Shown in pieces: positions 20,602 to 30,830 of a stretch of 64,000 nucleotides of DNA. Location: contig OY970364.1 of assembly GCA_963718565.1 (NCBI GenBank), forward strand, positions 1,216,001 through 1,280,000, read 5' to 3'. The notes beneath the pieces were generated by a model. It ran no database searches. It was not told where the DNA came from and saw only the letters and a program-made list of their open reading frames with translations. The position numbers and the translations under genes are program-made. Every line of letters starts with the position of its first letter. The stretch's first letter is position 1. Source of the DNA: an uncultured Verrucomicrobiae bacterium. GTDB lineage: Bacteria > Chlamydiota > Chlamydiia > Chlamydiales > Rhabdochlamydiaceae.

Positions 20602-21552
20602 ATGGAACATTTGGAACAAGAAGTGCGGCGTACAATCTTGCTTGCCTTAAACGAAGACCGAGCAATGCAAGATATTACTTCCCAAGCTTGTGTTTCTCCA
20701 GAAAAAATGATCCGGGCTGATCTTATATTGAAACAAAATTCCAAAATTGCTGGTTTGCGTTTCCTCCCCTGGATTTGTGAAACAATCGACCCTTCAATGC
20801 AATGGCAAGTCTACGCCTTTGAAGGCGGAGATTACGATGATGGAATGATCTTAGCTTCCATTGAAGGTAAGGCCCATTCTATTCTAGCTGGTGAGCGCAC
20901 GACCCTCAATCTTTTGCAGCATGCCAGTGGAGTCGCTCACCTCACAACGCAATATGTCAAAGCGGTGGAAGGTTTTGACTGCGAAATTCTGGACACACGG
21001 AAAACTCTACCGGGCTTGCGGGCTATTCAGAAGTATGCGGTCACAGTAGGAGGTGGAAAAAACCATCGATTCCACCTCGAAGAACATTTTTTGATTAAAA
21101 ATAATCACCTTGCCTTGCTCAAGGAAGTGTCCGCTCATCCTGTACTCGAGGCAATCCACCGTGCGAAAATCCTACAGCCCCAAGCCAAGATTGAAGTCGA
21201 AGTGGAGAATTTAGCTGACTTCGAAGAAGCTTTGCGAGGAAAAGCAGATCTGATTTTACTTGATAATATGACGCCAGCTGTCGTCGCAGAAGCAGTGAAA
21301 ATCTCTCAAGGAAGAGTGTATGTGGAAGCATCAGGAGGTATTGCTCTTGACAATGTCCGAGAATTTGCCTCAGCTGGGGTCAATGGCATTTCCATCGGGG
21401 CATTAACGCATTCAGTCACTGCCGTCGATATCAGCATGAGGATAGAGGGAATTGCAAAACTCCTCGCCAGCAGAAAATCAATGATTTTGGCACCTGTTGC
21501 CAGAACCCGCACAGCGGGTTCGGTTGGCGGCGGCGAAAGCATACTTGGATAA
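20602..21552 (+). CDS. nadC: Quinolinate phosphoribosyltransferase with a 35-aa MITE-derived C-terminal extension
   Basis: DTRKTLPGLR, GGGKNHR, EVEVE, LLDNM, EASGGI, ISIGALTHS; reads into the element at 21445. Confidence 0.94.
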   Translation: MEHLEQEVRRTILLALNEDRAMQDITSQACVSPEKMIRADLILKQNSKIAGLRFLPWICETIDPSMQWQVYAFEGGDYDDGMILASIEGKAHSILAGERTTLNLLQHASGVAHLTTQYVKAVEGFDCEILDTRKTLPGLRAIQKYAVTVGGGKNHRFHLEEHFLIKNNHLALLKEVSAHPVLEAIHRAKILQPQAKIEVEVENLADFEEALRGKADLILLDNMTPAVVAEAVKISQGRVYVEASGGIALDNVREFASAGVNGISIGALTHSVTAVDISMRIEGIAKLLASRKSMILAPVARTRTAGSVGGGESILG

Positions 21553-21626
21553 GTAGGAGAGCCGCTGCCAAGGCGACAGGTGCCAAAAGCGCGATTTTAT
21601 GCGGCGAGGAGTTTTGCGATTCCCTT
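21445..21626. mobile_element. MITE, GAGGGAATTGCAAAAC family (182 bp)
   Basis: TIR gagggaattgcaaaactcctcgcc / ggcgaggagttttgcgattccctt; TSD GATA (21441-21444, 21627-21630). Confidence 0.9.
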
Positions 21627-21661
21627 GATATAACTGAACAAACAAACTCAAAGAAAAAGGA

Positions 21662-23266
21662 ATGAATATGGCTACGCCTAAGGAATTGATTTTTGAAGAA
21701 GAAGCGAGGAATAAGCTTCGCGAAGGAATTGATCAACTTGCCGATGTCGTTGGTGTCACTCTAGGGCCAAAAGGACGCAATGTTGGACTACAGGCCTCTT
21801 GGGGTGCCCCTACAATCACAAACGACGGCAATAGTATCGTCAAAGACATTGAGCTTAAGGACCAGTACGCCAATATGGGCGTGTCTTTAGGAAAAGAGGT
21901 TGCAAGCAAAATGAAAGAGAAGTGCGGCGATGGAACGACATCGAGCATCCTCTTGCTTCGCGCTCTTGTTCACAATGGTGTGAAAAACATCGCTTCGGGT
22001 TCTTCTCCTATCAATTTAAAAAGAGGGATGGACAAGGCTATTGAAGCGATCGTACAAGAACTGGAAAAAGCTTCTATTGCAATCAAAAGTGAAAAGGAAA
22101 CTCTAAATATTGCCGTTGCTTCAGCTTCAGGGAACGAAGCTATCGGCACAATGATCTCAAATGCCATAAAAAAAGTCGGTAAAGCAGGTGTGATCACGAT
22201 TGAAGAAGGCAAAGGGACAGAAGACACTGTGGAAACGGTTGAAGGAATGCAATTCGATCGCGGTTACGTCAGTGCTTACTTTTGTACCCATCCAGAAGCA
22301 ATGACTGTGGAGATAAGCGAGGCAAAGCTGCTGATCACGGATAAAAAGATCTCATCCGTCCAGGAAATTCTTCCTATTTTACAATCCGTCGCTTCAACGG
22401 CAACAGAACTTCTTATCATTGCAGAAGATATTGATGGCGACGCTCTTTCCACGCTGGTTGTTAATAAATTGCGCGGAACACTCAAAGTTTGTGCTGTTAA
22501 GGCTCCGGGCTTTGGTGACCGTCGCAAAGCAATGCTCGAAGATATCGCTATCCTCACTGGAGGGACAGTGGTTTCGGAAGAGACTGGGACAGCCCTCAAA
22601 GACGCGACCGTAGCTGTTCTCGGTTCCGCAGAAAAAATTCTGATTAACAAAGAAAAAACAACCATTGTCGGCGGGCGGGGCAATTCTAAGCAAATTCAAG
22701 CGCGGGTCAAGCAGATCGAAGCTGAAATCGCAAAAGCGACAAGCTCTTACGACAAGGAAAAACTCGAAGAGCGTAAAGCAAAACTCAGCGGTGGTGTTGC
22801 AGTCATTCGCGTGGGAGCTGCCACAGAGCCTGAGATGAAACAGAGAAAGCAGGCATTCGAAGATAGTTTAAATTCGACACGTGCTGCAATCGAAGAGGGG
22901 ATCGTTGTTGGCGGCGGATGCGCACTGCTCCGTGCAAGCAAGTCAGCTTCGCTTGTGCTTTCTGGAGATGAAGCTGTCGGCGCACAAATTGTTTTAAAAG
23001 CCTGTGGAGCTCCCTTCAAGCAGATCGTATCCAATACAGGGCTTGACAGCTCTGTTCTCTTGGATGAGGTGCTTGCTGCTGGCCCCCAATTTGGCTTCAA
23101 CGCAATGTCTGAAAAAGTTGAAGATCTATTGAAAGCTGGCATTGTGGACCCCGCTAAAGTTGTTAAGAATGCATTGCGTTTTGCGGTTTCAACGGCTGGC
23201 GTTATTCTTCTCTCAGAAGTATTGATCGGCAATGCTCCTGAAGAGGAAGAAGAAGAGAAAAAATAA
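21662..23266 (+). CDS. groEL: Chaperonin GroEL paralogue (groEL3 position), acidic tail instead of GGM repeats
   Basis: [34 protein letters not shown]; no adjacent groES. Confidence 0.93.
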   Translation: MNMATPKELIFEEEARNKLREGIDQLADVVGVTLGPKGRNVGLQASWGAPTITNDGNSIVKDIELKDQYANMGVSLGKEVASKMKEKCGDGTTSSILLLRALVHNGVKNIASGSSPINLKRGMDKAIEAIVQELEKASIAIKSEKETLNIAVASASGNEAIGTMISNAIKKVGKAGVITIEEGKGTEDTVETVEGMQFDRGYVSAYFCTHPEAMTVEISEAKLLITDKKISSVQEILPILQSVASTATELLIIAEDIDGDALSTLVVNKLRGTLKVCAVKAPGFGDRRKAMLEDIAILTGGTVVSEETGTALKDATVAVLGSAEKILINKEKTTIVGGRGNSKQIQARVKQIEAEIAKATSSYDKEKLEERKAKLSGGVAVIRVGAATEPEMKQRKQAFEDSLNSTRAAIEEGIVVGGGCALLRASKSASLVLSGDEAVGAQIVLKACGAPFKQIVSNTGLDSSVLLDEVLAAGPQFGFNAMSEKVEDLLKAGIVDPAKVVKNALRFAVSTAGVILLSEVLIGNAPEEEEEEKK

Positions 23267-23281
23267 ACTTGAGACAAAAAA

Positions 23282-23488
23282 TCTTGGATCCTTCTAATAC
23301 TCAGGCCATTGTAAGCCAATAACCGTCGCGTTTCCGCAAAGCTGGCGCTTCAGATTTGCATCGGGCTTCGCTGGCGGCAAAGCAGGCCATGTGCAAGCAC
23401 ATGGCCAATGCAGCCGGATGCAAAGGTGAAGATGCCAGCGCAGCGGAAACGCGACGGTTATTGGCTTACGATGCCTAAGGATCCAAGA
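23282..23488. mobile_element. Nested palindromic MITE-like repeat
   Basis: Outer tcttggatcctt/aaggatccaaga; inner gtaagccaataaccgtcgcgtttccgc / gcggaaacgcgacggttattggcttac; central ggccatgtgc-aa-gcacatggcc. Confidence 0.8.
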
Positions 23489-23496
23489 GATCTATT

Positions 23497-24429
23497 ATGC
23501 CAACGGCTGCTGTTCTTCCCGCACTCGGCATCGGCGATGCCTTGCTGATGATGATTGCCTCTCATCAATTGAAGCAGAAGGGTTATCACGTCACGACTTT
23601 TCACGATCATTTACCAGAACTTTCTTCTTGGTTCCCCGGACATGATTTAAAGTCATCCCTCTCTTTAGAAACAGGGATCCAAACGCTGGATCCTTTTGAT
23701 TTCATTTTCGTCGAAAATGATAATTCCCCCAAAATAAAACGCTTGCTCGAAGCTTTTCGGCCACAGCTATCAATTTTTTATCCCACTTATTCTGCGACAA
23801 AACATGCTCCGCTTTCGTTCCAAGATCATGTCTTCGACAGGGATTTGCCGATGGCCGACAATATTGCTGAAAGTATTGCTGTCTTTCTCGACTTGCCTAC
23901 GGCTTCGAAAGAAAACGGCCTTTCGCCACCCTCCGCATTGACCCATCGCTTAAGAAAAGAACAGATCATTATTCATCCGACAAGCCGTATTCCAGCAAAG
24001 AATTGGAAAGCTGACGGTTTTTTGGATGTCGCAGTTAAACTCAAACTTCAAGGTTTTCAACCTGTTTTCTGTGTTGGGCCTAATGAACGGCACATGTGGA
24101 AAACGATTGAAGAAGAAGGTTTTGTTCTGACCAACTCTCCTACACTCCCTGAACTTGCAGCAGCAGTCTATGAATCGGGGTTCGTGATCGGTAATGATTC
24201 ATTGCTCGGTCATCTAGCATCGAATTTAGGAGTCCCAACGCTGATTATCGCCGATGATGAGAAAAGAATGCGGTTATGGCGGCCAGGGTGGCACAAAGGT
24301 CATCTCGTCCTTCCTTCCCCCTATCTTCCCAATTGGAAATTTCTGCGATTGCGTGAGCGAAAATGGCGGCACTTTATCACATCGAGAAAAGTCTTAAAGA
24401 GTTTTAATCATCTTCTGCACTCTGGATGA
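23497..24429 (+). CDS. Glycosyltransferase family 9 (heptosyltransferase-like)
   Basis: GIGDAL, IIIHPTS..KNW, IGNDSLLGHLASNLGVPTL. Confidence 0.8.
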   Translation: MPTAAVLPALGIGDALLMMIASHQLKQKGYHVTTFHDHLPELSSWFPGHDLKSSLSLETGIQTLDPFDFIFVENDNSPKIKRLLEAFRPQLSIFYPTYSATKHAPLSFQDHVFDRDLPMADNIAESIAVFLDLPTASKENGLSPPSALTHRLRKEQIIIHPTSRIPAKNWKADGFLDVAVKLKLQGFQPVFCVGPNERHMWKTIEEEGFVLTNSPTLPELAAAVYESGFVIGNDSLLGHLASNLGVPTLIIADDEKRMRLWRPGWHKGHLVLPSPYLPNWKFLRLRERKWRHFITSRKVLKSFNHLLHSG

Positions 24430-24511
24430 GCGATTGATATGAGCTCTTCCCCTAAATTCATCCGCAAGCTACAGTGAAGTTAAAATAATTTCTTTAGAAT
24501 TTAGGGGTCCC

Positions 24512-24904
24512 ATGAATAGAAGCAAGCGTCCGATTCCAAAAAAACTCCAAAAAAAAATGGAAAAAGAAGTTCGGGTTGCCCAAGGCCGCTACCCTATTCG
24601 CGAAGCTCATCAATACAGTGATGAGCTGACAACTCAAGAATTACTAAAAAAATACCCTAAAAAGAACGCTCAAAAGAAAGACGAAATAGTACAGTCTTCA
24701 AAGAAAGGCATTTTGATTAAAAAAAAGAGTAATCATAAGAACATCTCCAAGCGAACGACTCCTCATTTAGTCTCTACTGGAGAATCTCCTCCAGGGCATA
24801 TCCATGCTGAAGGAGGGCGCTGGATTAAAACATTGATTAAACAGAATCAGATGGAAAGAGCAATGCTTGCTCATAAAGGTGTCCGAGTCGGCCGGAAAAA
24901 ATAA
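24512..24904 (+). CDS. Hypothetical basic Lys-rich protein
   Basis: 130-aa ATG ORF, co-oriented with neighbours. Confidence 0.55.
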   Translation: MNRSKRPIPKKLQKKMEKEVRVAQGRYPIREAHQYSDELTTQELLKKYPKKNAQKKDEIVQSSKKGILIKKKSNHKNISKRTTPHLVSTGESPPGHIHAEGGRWIKTLIKQNQMERAMLAHKGVRVGRKK

Positions 24905-24913
24905 GTATTTTAA

Positions 24914-24965
24914 GAGGGAATTGCAAAACCCCTCGACGCATAAAGAGGGGTTTTGCAATTCCCTC
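24914..24965. mobile_element. Mini-MITE, GAGGGAATTGCAAAAC family (52 bp)
   Basis: Perfect 21-bp TIR; TSD TTAA on both sides. Confidence 0.88.
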
Positions 24966-25026
24966 TTAATACTTGAAAGAGTATCATTGATCCTTGCAGG
25001 TTGACAAGATCCTCTCAAATGTTTTT

Positions 25027-25938
25027 ATGCACGTTATTGAAAAACCACTCTTTCGTTTAGCCCACATTTCCGATTTGCATTTTTCCAAACTGACATGGGA
25101 TCCGTTTCAGTTTTGCTCAAAAAGATGGTTGGGAAACCTAAACCTTCTGTTGAAACGCAAACACACTTTTAATCCTGAAGGTCTTACAACCCTTGTTCCT
25201 CTTTTTCACGAACGCAACATCGATGCTGTACTTATTACAGGCGATCTGACCTCAACATCTCATGAAGCGGAATTCATCATGGCCCGGCAATTCATTGAGA
25301 GTCTTGAGCAAGAAAAATTTAAAGTTTTCACCCTCCCCGGCAACCATGACCAGTACACGAAAAAAGCCTATAAGAAACAGTTGTTTTATCAATTTTTTAA
25401 TGCGACCTATGCTCCTCCGACAGATCCATTGACTTCGCTCAGTCTTAAAGAAGATAGGCTGACAGCGACCTATTTTGGTCATGGATGGTGGTTAATCGGA
25501 TTGGATACTGCCATTGCAACTTCACTGATCTCTTCCAATGGGTATTTTTCTCAGGAATTAGAACAAAAGCTCGAAAGGTCTCTTAAAGAAATCCCCGCAG
25601 ACCACCGCGTCATTCTTATCAATCATTTTCCGATCTTCTCCAATGAATCTGCGCGCAAAAGCCTCATCCGTAAAGATGCACTCAAAAAGCAGATCGAAAG
25701 ATTTCCAAAAATCAAACTTTTTCTTCATGGTCACACACACCGCCATTGCATCGCAGATTTGCGCAGCAGCCACCTCCCTATTTTCCTCGATAGCGGTTCC
25801 ACGGCACAGAAAGAAGGCGGCACATGGCACTTGATCGAGATCACTGCCTCAGGCTGTGACATCGAGGTCTTTAAAAACACAAATCGCGATGGCTACGCTT
25901 TTTGGCAGCCCGTCATTAAATCAAACTTCAAGTGGTAA
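25027..25938 (+). CDS. Calcineurin-like metallophosphoesterase (Icc/CT754-like)
   Basis: HISDLHF, ITGDLT, PGNHD, HGHTH. Confidence 0.88.
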   Translation: MHVIEKPLFRLAHISDLHFSKLTWDPFQFCSKRWLGNLNLLLKRKHTFNPEGLTTLVPLFHERNIDAVLITGDLTSTSHEAEFIMARQFIESLEQEKFKVFTLPGNHDQYTKKAYKKQLFYQFFNATYAPPTDPLTSLSLKEDRLTATYFGHGWWLIGLDTAIATSLISSNGYFSQELEQKLERSLKEIPADHRVILINHFPIFSNESARKSLIRKDALKKQIERFPKIKLFLHGHTHRHCIADLRSSHLPIFLDSGSTAQKEGGTWHLIEITASGCDIEVFKNTNRDGYAFWQPVIKSNFKW

Positions 25939-25942
25939 AACA

Positions 25943-26347
25943 ATGGATCATCCTTGGTATAAAGATGGACTGCGTTTTAAATGCACAGAATGCGGCCAAT
26001 GCTGCACGGGATTCCCGGGTTATGTCTGGGTCAGTCCGTCCGAGGCCGCAGCCCTAGCGGAATTTTTGAAAATTACCGTCGAGGAGTTCATCCAAAAGTA
26101 TACGCGCCGCATGGGTAATCGCATTTCTCTTAAAGAACAACCTAGAACGTATGATTGTGTCTTTCTCAAGGGAAAAAAATGCCAAGTCTATGGAGTCCGT
26201 CCCAAACAATGCCGTACATTTCCATGGTGGCCGGAAAATCTCAAAACTCCAGATCATTGGAAGGAAACAGCCTCTCATTGCGAAGGCATCAATCACCCCG
26301 ATGCTCCCCTCATCACTTTGGGTGAAATCCAAAAACATCTTCCTTAA
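25943..26347 (+). CDS. YkgJ family cysteine cluster protein
   Basis: CTECGQCC, CVFL..KCQVY..RPKQCRTFPWW. Confidence 0.88.
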   Translation: MDHPWYKDGLRFKCTECGQCCTGFPGYVWVSPSEAAALAEFLKITVEEFIQKYTRRMGNRISLKEQPRTYDCVFLKGKKCQVYGVRPKQCRTFPWWPENLKTPDHWKETASHCEGINHPDAPLITLGEIQKHLP

Positions 26348-26363
26348 GAATAGGTTAAGAGGA

Positions 26364-28151
26364 ATGTTCATGAATAATTCTACAGCGCTTACTCCAGAGA
26401 TTCAAAAAAGAGTTAATTATTGGCTAGAAGGACCCTTTGATGAAAAAACTAAGGCTGAAGTTCGCTCCCTACTCGAAAAAAATCCTCAAGGCCTCGTCGA
26501 CGCTTTTTTCACCGATCTTTCTTTTGGGACCGGCGGCATGCGCGGAATCATGGGCCCTGGGACAACCCGGATGAATATTTATACGATCCGTCTCGCGACA
26601 CAAGGCTTAGCCAATTATTTGCGAAAGCAAAACGACACATCCACACTTTCTGTCTTGATCGGCTTTGATTCTCGGCATCACTCTCAAGAATTTGCCAAAG
26701 AGGCTGCAAGAGTTTTGGCCGGAAATGGCATCCATGTGCATTTGCTCGATGAACTACGTCCAACACCCTATATCTCTTTTTCCTGCCGTTTAAAAAAAGC
26801 TAGCGCCGCGATCATGATCACTGCCTCTCATAATCCCAAAGAATACAATGGCTACAAAGTGTATTGGAGCGATGGAGCTCAAGTCGTCTATCCGCATGAT
26901 GAAGGCATTGTTAAAGAAGCTGAAAAATTAAAGGACCTTTCCACTGTCCGCCTTGCGCCCTTGAGCGATCCTCTGATAGAAATTGTTTCCACTTCTCCTC
27001 TTGACGAGGAATACCTTAAAGCAATCGCCCCTCTTCAGCATTTTCCTCAAGAGAATAAAAAAAACGGCTCCTCTTTGAAGATCATTTACACTAGCCTTCA
27101 CGGCACGGGAATTACCATTGTCCCGAAAGCGCTTAAGCAATGGGGATTTTCTACAATCCAAATGGTAGAAAATCAAATCACCATCGATGGGGATTTCCCA
27201 ACAGTTGCATTTCCGAACCCAGAATACAAAGAAACTCTGAAACTGGGCATTGAGCTTTTGGAACAAACACAATCCGATATCGTCCTTGCCACAGATCCCG
27301 ATGCAGATCGGATTGGCGTCGTCATCAAGCATCAAGGAAAACCCATTCTCATTAATGGGAACGAAATGGCCGCGATTTGCGTCGATTACTTGTGCGAAGT
27401 GTTAACAGCACTTAAAACCCTTCCTCCTAAAGGGGCATTTGTAACAACGATTGTGACAACTGAACTATTAAAAAAAATCGTAGGAGCTTATCAAAAAACC
27501 TGTTTCGAAGTATTGACTGGGTTCAAATATATCGGTGAAAAGATCCATCTTTGGGAAATGTCCAAGGACAGTTACCAATTCATTTTTGGTGCTGAAGAAT
27601 CCTACGGATATTTACTTGGAACACATGCCCGCGACAAGGATGCCATCATCAGTGCCTGTCTGATCGCTGAAATTGCCGCTCGAGCAAAATTACAAAACGA
27701 GACTTTGCTCGATCGTCTCTATAAGATCTATAGAAAATATGGAGTATTCCGCGAAAAGCAGATGTCCATCAACTTCAATCCCGGAAAAGAAGGAATGGAA
27801 CAAATGGCTTCTGTGATGAGACGGTTACGTTCTCACCCTCCGAAAGATATCGCTGGCGCATCTGTTATTTCTCTCGAAGATTATGAAAAACGTCTCCATT
27901 ATGATTTAAAATCGGGAAAAACTCAGCAACTTCAACTTCCTCAATCCGATGTGCTTCTCTTCCGTTTGACAGATTCCACACGACTAGTCATCCGCCCTTC
28001 AGGGACAGAGCCAAAAATTAAGATTTATGCAAGTGTCTGTGCGGAGAGCTTTAAAACAGTCGAGGAAGCAATTCAAGAATGTGATAAGAGACTAGACTTA
28101 TTCCTGAATGCCCTTAAAAAAGATGCATTGAAGAGGGAATTGCAAAACTAA
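26364..28151 (+). CDS. pgm: Phosphoglucomutase/phosphomannomutase
   Basis: FGTGGMRG, ITASHNP, DPDADR, GAEES, RPSGTEPKIK; stop lies inside the MITE TIR. Confidence 0.92.
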   Translation: MFMNNSTALTPEIQKRVNYWLEGPFDEKTKAEVRSLLEKNPQGLVDAFFTDLSFGTGGMRGIMGPGTTRMNIYTIRLATQGLANYLRKQNDTSTLSVLIGFDSRHHSQEFAKEAARVLAGNGIHVHLLDELRPTPYISFSCRLKKASAAIMITASHNPKEYNGYKVYWSDGAQVVYPHDEGIVKEAEKLKDLSTVRLAPLSDPLIEIVSTSPLDEEYLKAIAPLQHFPQENKKNGSSLKIIYTSLHGTGITIVPKALKQWGFSTIQMVENQITIDGDFPTVAFPNPEYKETLKLGIELLEQTQSDIVLATDPDADRIGVVIKHQGKPILINGNEMAAICVDYLCEVLTALKTLPPKGAFVTTIVTTELLKKIVGAYQKTCFEVLTGFKYIGEKIHLWEMSKDSYQFIFGAEESYGYLLGTHARDKDAIISACLIAEIAARAKLQNETLLDRLYKIYRKYGVFREKQMSINFNPGKEGMEQMASVMRRLRSHPPKDIAGASVISLEDYEKRLHYDLKSGKTQQLQLPQSDVLLFRLTDSTRLVIRPSGTEPKIKIYASVCAESFKTVEEAIQECDKRLDLFLNALKKDALKRELQN

Positions 28152-28438
28152 CGCGAAAAGGACGTTTTTTCGGGATCTTATTTGCTAAAACCTGTTTCAG
28201 ACCCGAAAAACCATCCTTTGTTTCCGACATATGAAATGGAGGCATTATTTCAATGCCTAGCCTCAACACTTTTATTTACACCCGAGGAAAAAGTGTTTAT
28301 GGAGGCAGAATCGCAGCCATTTTTCGAGCGAATTGCGAGATTGACAAAACGGGGTGATTTCCTGGGGGAGATTAAGCTGATTAGCTAAATAATTTCCCCC
28401 AGAAAATCACCCCGTTTTGTTAGTTTTGCAATTCCCTC
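28133..28438. mobile_element. Non-autonomous IS derivative, GAGGGAATTGCAAAACTAAC ends (306 bp)
   Basis: TIR at both ends; both arms match the ends of 35729-38323 (inverted); internal hairpin aaaacggggtgatt / aatcaccccgtttt. Confidence 0.88.
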
Positions 28439-30575
28439 ATCTTTCTGGGTATTTGATGCGCAAGTGGCGAGTGACCATCAGAGCTTTGACAATCGATCTT
28501 TTGACTCGGCCTAACTCTTCAAAAGTAAGCTGACATTCATCAAACTGGCCGTCTTCGGCTTTTTCGGCGACAAGCTTATCAACCATGTCGGCGATGGATT
28601 CTTCCGTCACCTCGTCCATCGACCGCGAAGCTGCTTCGACGGTATCCGCAATCATAATGATAGCGGATTCTTTTGACCGCGGTTTGGGTCCAGGATAACG
28701 AAAGGCTTTTTCATTAACTTTTGTCGCATCTCCCCCCATGAGCTCAACTTGTTTGCAATAAAAATAATAAACCATTGTTGTTCCGTGATGCTCTCGGATG
28801 ATGTCGATAAAACTTTGCGGGAGATGGTGTTTTTTACGCGCGAGTGCTTCGCCTTCGGAAACATGCGCAATGATGACATGTGTCGACTCCGCAGGCGTAA
28901 GCAATTGATGGATATTAAATCCCCCGAGTTGATTTTCTGTAAAATAATGAGGATTGAATAGCTTTCCGATATCATGGTAGAGGGTAGAAACACGGCAAAA
29001 AAGTCCGTTGGCACCGATAGAGCGCGCTGCTGATTCTGCAATGTTGCCAACGACAAGACAATGTTGATAAGTTCCTGGCGCCTCAAGACTGAGCCTACGG
29101 AGCAATTCATGATCGGGATCCATATATTCCATGAGAGTCATATCCGTCATGACATGGAAAAGAGACTCTAAAATGGGAAGAAGACCGACAACCAGAATTG
29201 CTGTCACTGCCAGAAAGATAAAACTGCTCAATAGATCTGTCGCAAAATTGAGGGTTTTAAGACCATTGGCGATCAAATTCAATGCAATGATCAAGGGGAT
29301 GAGACTCAGCCAGATTTTGCTACATACAGCAAAGACCTCTTTGCGCTTATGCAGTTTTCTTGCAAAGAGGATTGTGACAAAGGTTGCAAAAAAATTGGTC
29401 AGCAAAAAAGGCACGTCATCGACTGCTAATGTGATTCCATAAACGAACAGTAAGAAAAGAGATGCTACGATCGCTATTTCGCTTCCAATGAGCACGCAAA
29501 TTAAAAGAGCAGAGAAAGGGATAATAAGAGGAAGGCGTATGATTTCAATTAAATCTTTACTTTCATTCAAGAGCAAAAACTCGATCCCTTTGGCCAGGAT
29601 GAGGCTCATCACGATAATCGTTACGAGCAAAACAATTTTTTGCATCGATTTCATCAATTCGCGATGAAAATAATAGAGATAAAAAAGTGCTGCTACTGTC
29701 AAACAAAGCGCGACAATAGCGCTCCCGAGCAAGGTCAAGGGACTCCATAAATTTTGCGCTTCGTTCAGCGCATTTTTCATCGCTTGGACCATCGCAATGT
29801 GTCGTGAGGTGACCTTGTCCCCTTTTTTAATGATCTGGCTTCCTGCGTAAACATGGGTATATCGATCGGGAGTTCCGCGTTGGACCTCTCCTCGTATACT
29901 GCGCTCTAACGCAAAATCTTGTTGGACATGCCAGGGTTGATGGGAAAAGGTTCCCAGCAGATAGTCGATAGTCTCAGAGTGATATTTCTTTTGTTTTGCC
30001 AGCTGCTGCTGAATTTCTTTCCACAAAGGCTGAGGAAGGAGCAATGGTTCGATTTGAGAAGTCGAAGGCTGAATTTGGAAGAAATCGGGAGTGGGGATTT
30101 TAAGCAATTTCATTTTATTCAGAGTACGGCTATCCGCAAATCTAGCTTCGGACAACTCTTCTTCGATTTGATCCAGTAATGTATAGATCTCCTCAAAAGT
30201 ACTACTCGGTAAATCTTGACGCCATTGTTGATGTTCGATCAGAGAATTTTCAAAATCGTGACGAAGTTTTTGTATTTGTTCCTCATCGACCTTATAAATC
30301 GCTCCGATATCCCTCACGGCTTCCTGTTTAAGCGTCTGTGTCGCTTCTTCATCCCAAAAGGAAAAATCTGTTTGCGCAATGACATACCTCGGAGCCGAGG
30401 TGCCAATTTCGAGCATTTCTATGCGCACTTCGCGGAATTGTAAAAAGCAAGTTAAAATGAGGATGAAGCCTAAGGCCAAAATTAGACGTTGCGGAGTGTG
30501 GTTTCCGCCAAGGATTTCTTGCCATCGTTTTTTTTGTGGCGCCGATCGACTGTCGTCGATGTGCTGCTCTTGCAT
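28437..30575 (-). CDS. 7TM-HD phosphohydrolase (PgpH-like, putative c-di-AMP phosphodiesterase)
   Basis: Extracytoplasmic domain, about 7 TM helices, EAPGTYQH, YHDIGK, EHHGT, FRYPGPKP, ADTVEAASRS. Confidence 0.85.
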   Translation of the reverse strand: MQEQHIDDSRSAPQKKRWQEILGGNHTPQRLILALGFILILTCFLQFREVRIEMLEIGTSAPRYVIAQTDFSFWDEEATQTLKQEAVRDIGAIYKVDEEQIQKLRHDFENSLIEHQQWRQDLPSSTFEEIYTLLDQIEEELSEARFADSRTLNKMKLLKIPTPDFFQIQPSTSQIEPLLLPQPLWKEIQQQLAKQKKYHSETIDYLLGTFSHQPWHVQQDFALERSIRGEVQRGTPDRYTHVYAGSQIIKKGDKVTSRHIAMVQAMKNALNEAQNLWSPLTLLGSAIVALCLTVAALFYLYYFHRELMKSMQKIVLLVTIIVMSLILAKGIEFLLLNESKDLIEIIRLPLIIPFSALLICVLIGSEIAIVASLFLLFVYGITLAVDDVPFLLTNFFATFVTILFARKLHKRKEVFAVCSKIWLSLIPLIIALNLIANGLKTLNFATDLLSSFIFLAVTAILVVGLLPILESLFHVMTDMTLMEYMDPDHELLRRLSLEAPGTYQHCLVVGNIAESAARSIGANGLFCRVSTLYHDIGKLFNPHYFTENQLGGFNIHQLLTPAESTHVIIAHVSEGEALARKKHHLPQSFIDIIREHHGTTMVYYFYCKQVELMGGDATKVNEKAFRYPGPKPRSKESAIIMIADTVEAASRSMDEVTEESIADMVDKLVAEKAEDGQFDECQLTFEELGRVKRSIVKALMVTRHLRIKYPER

Positions 30576-30830
30576 TAACTTGCCTTTTTTAGACTGGGCG
30601 CACTATAACTCGCCTGAAGATAATGCCTTGAAACGAGAATTGGATTCCAAACAAAAAAAATTTGATCTCAAGAAAACTTCAAAGCATACCCTTTTGTGCT
30701 ATCGTAGCAAAAAATGTAAAAATTATCCTTGAAGTATCTGACTTAGACTCAATTTAAATTTTAAATCCTCATCTTTTTCAGGTTTGTCTTCTAACCTGTG
30801 ATCACGTATAATTAATTTTTCATCGAGAGG

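Noticed and set aside
22276..23319. Long minus-strand ORFs opposite groEL (similarly 30723-31334 opposite dnaX)
   Set aside because: Typical antisense open frames of conserved genes.
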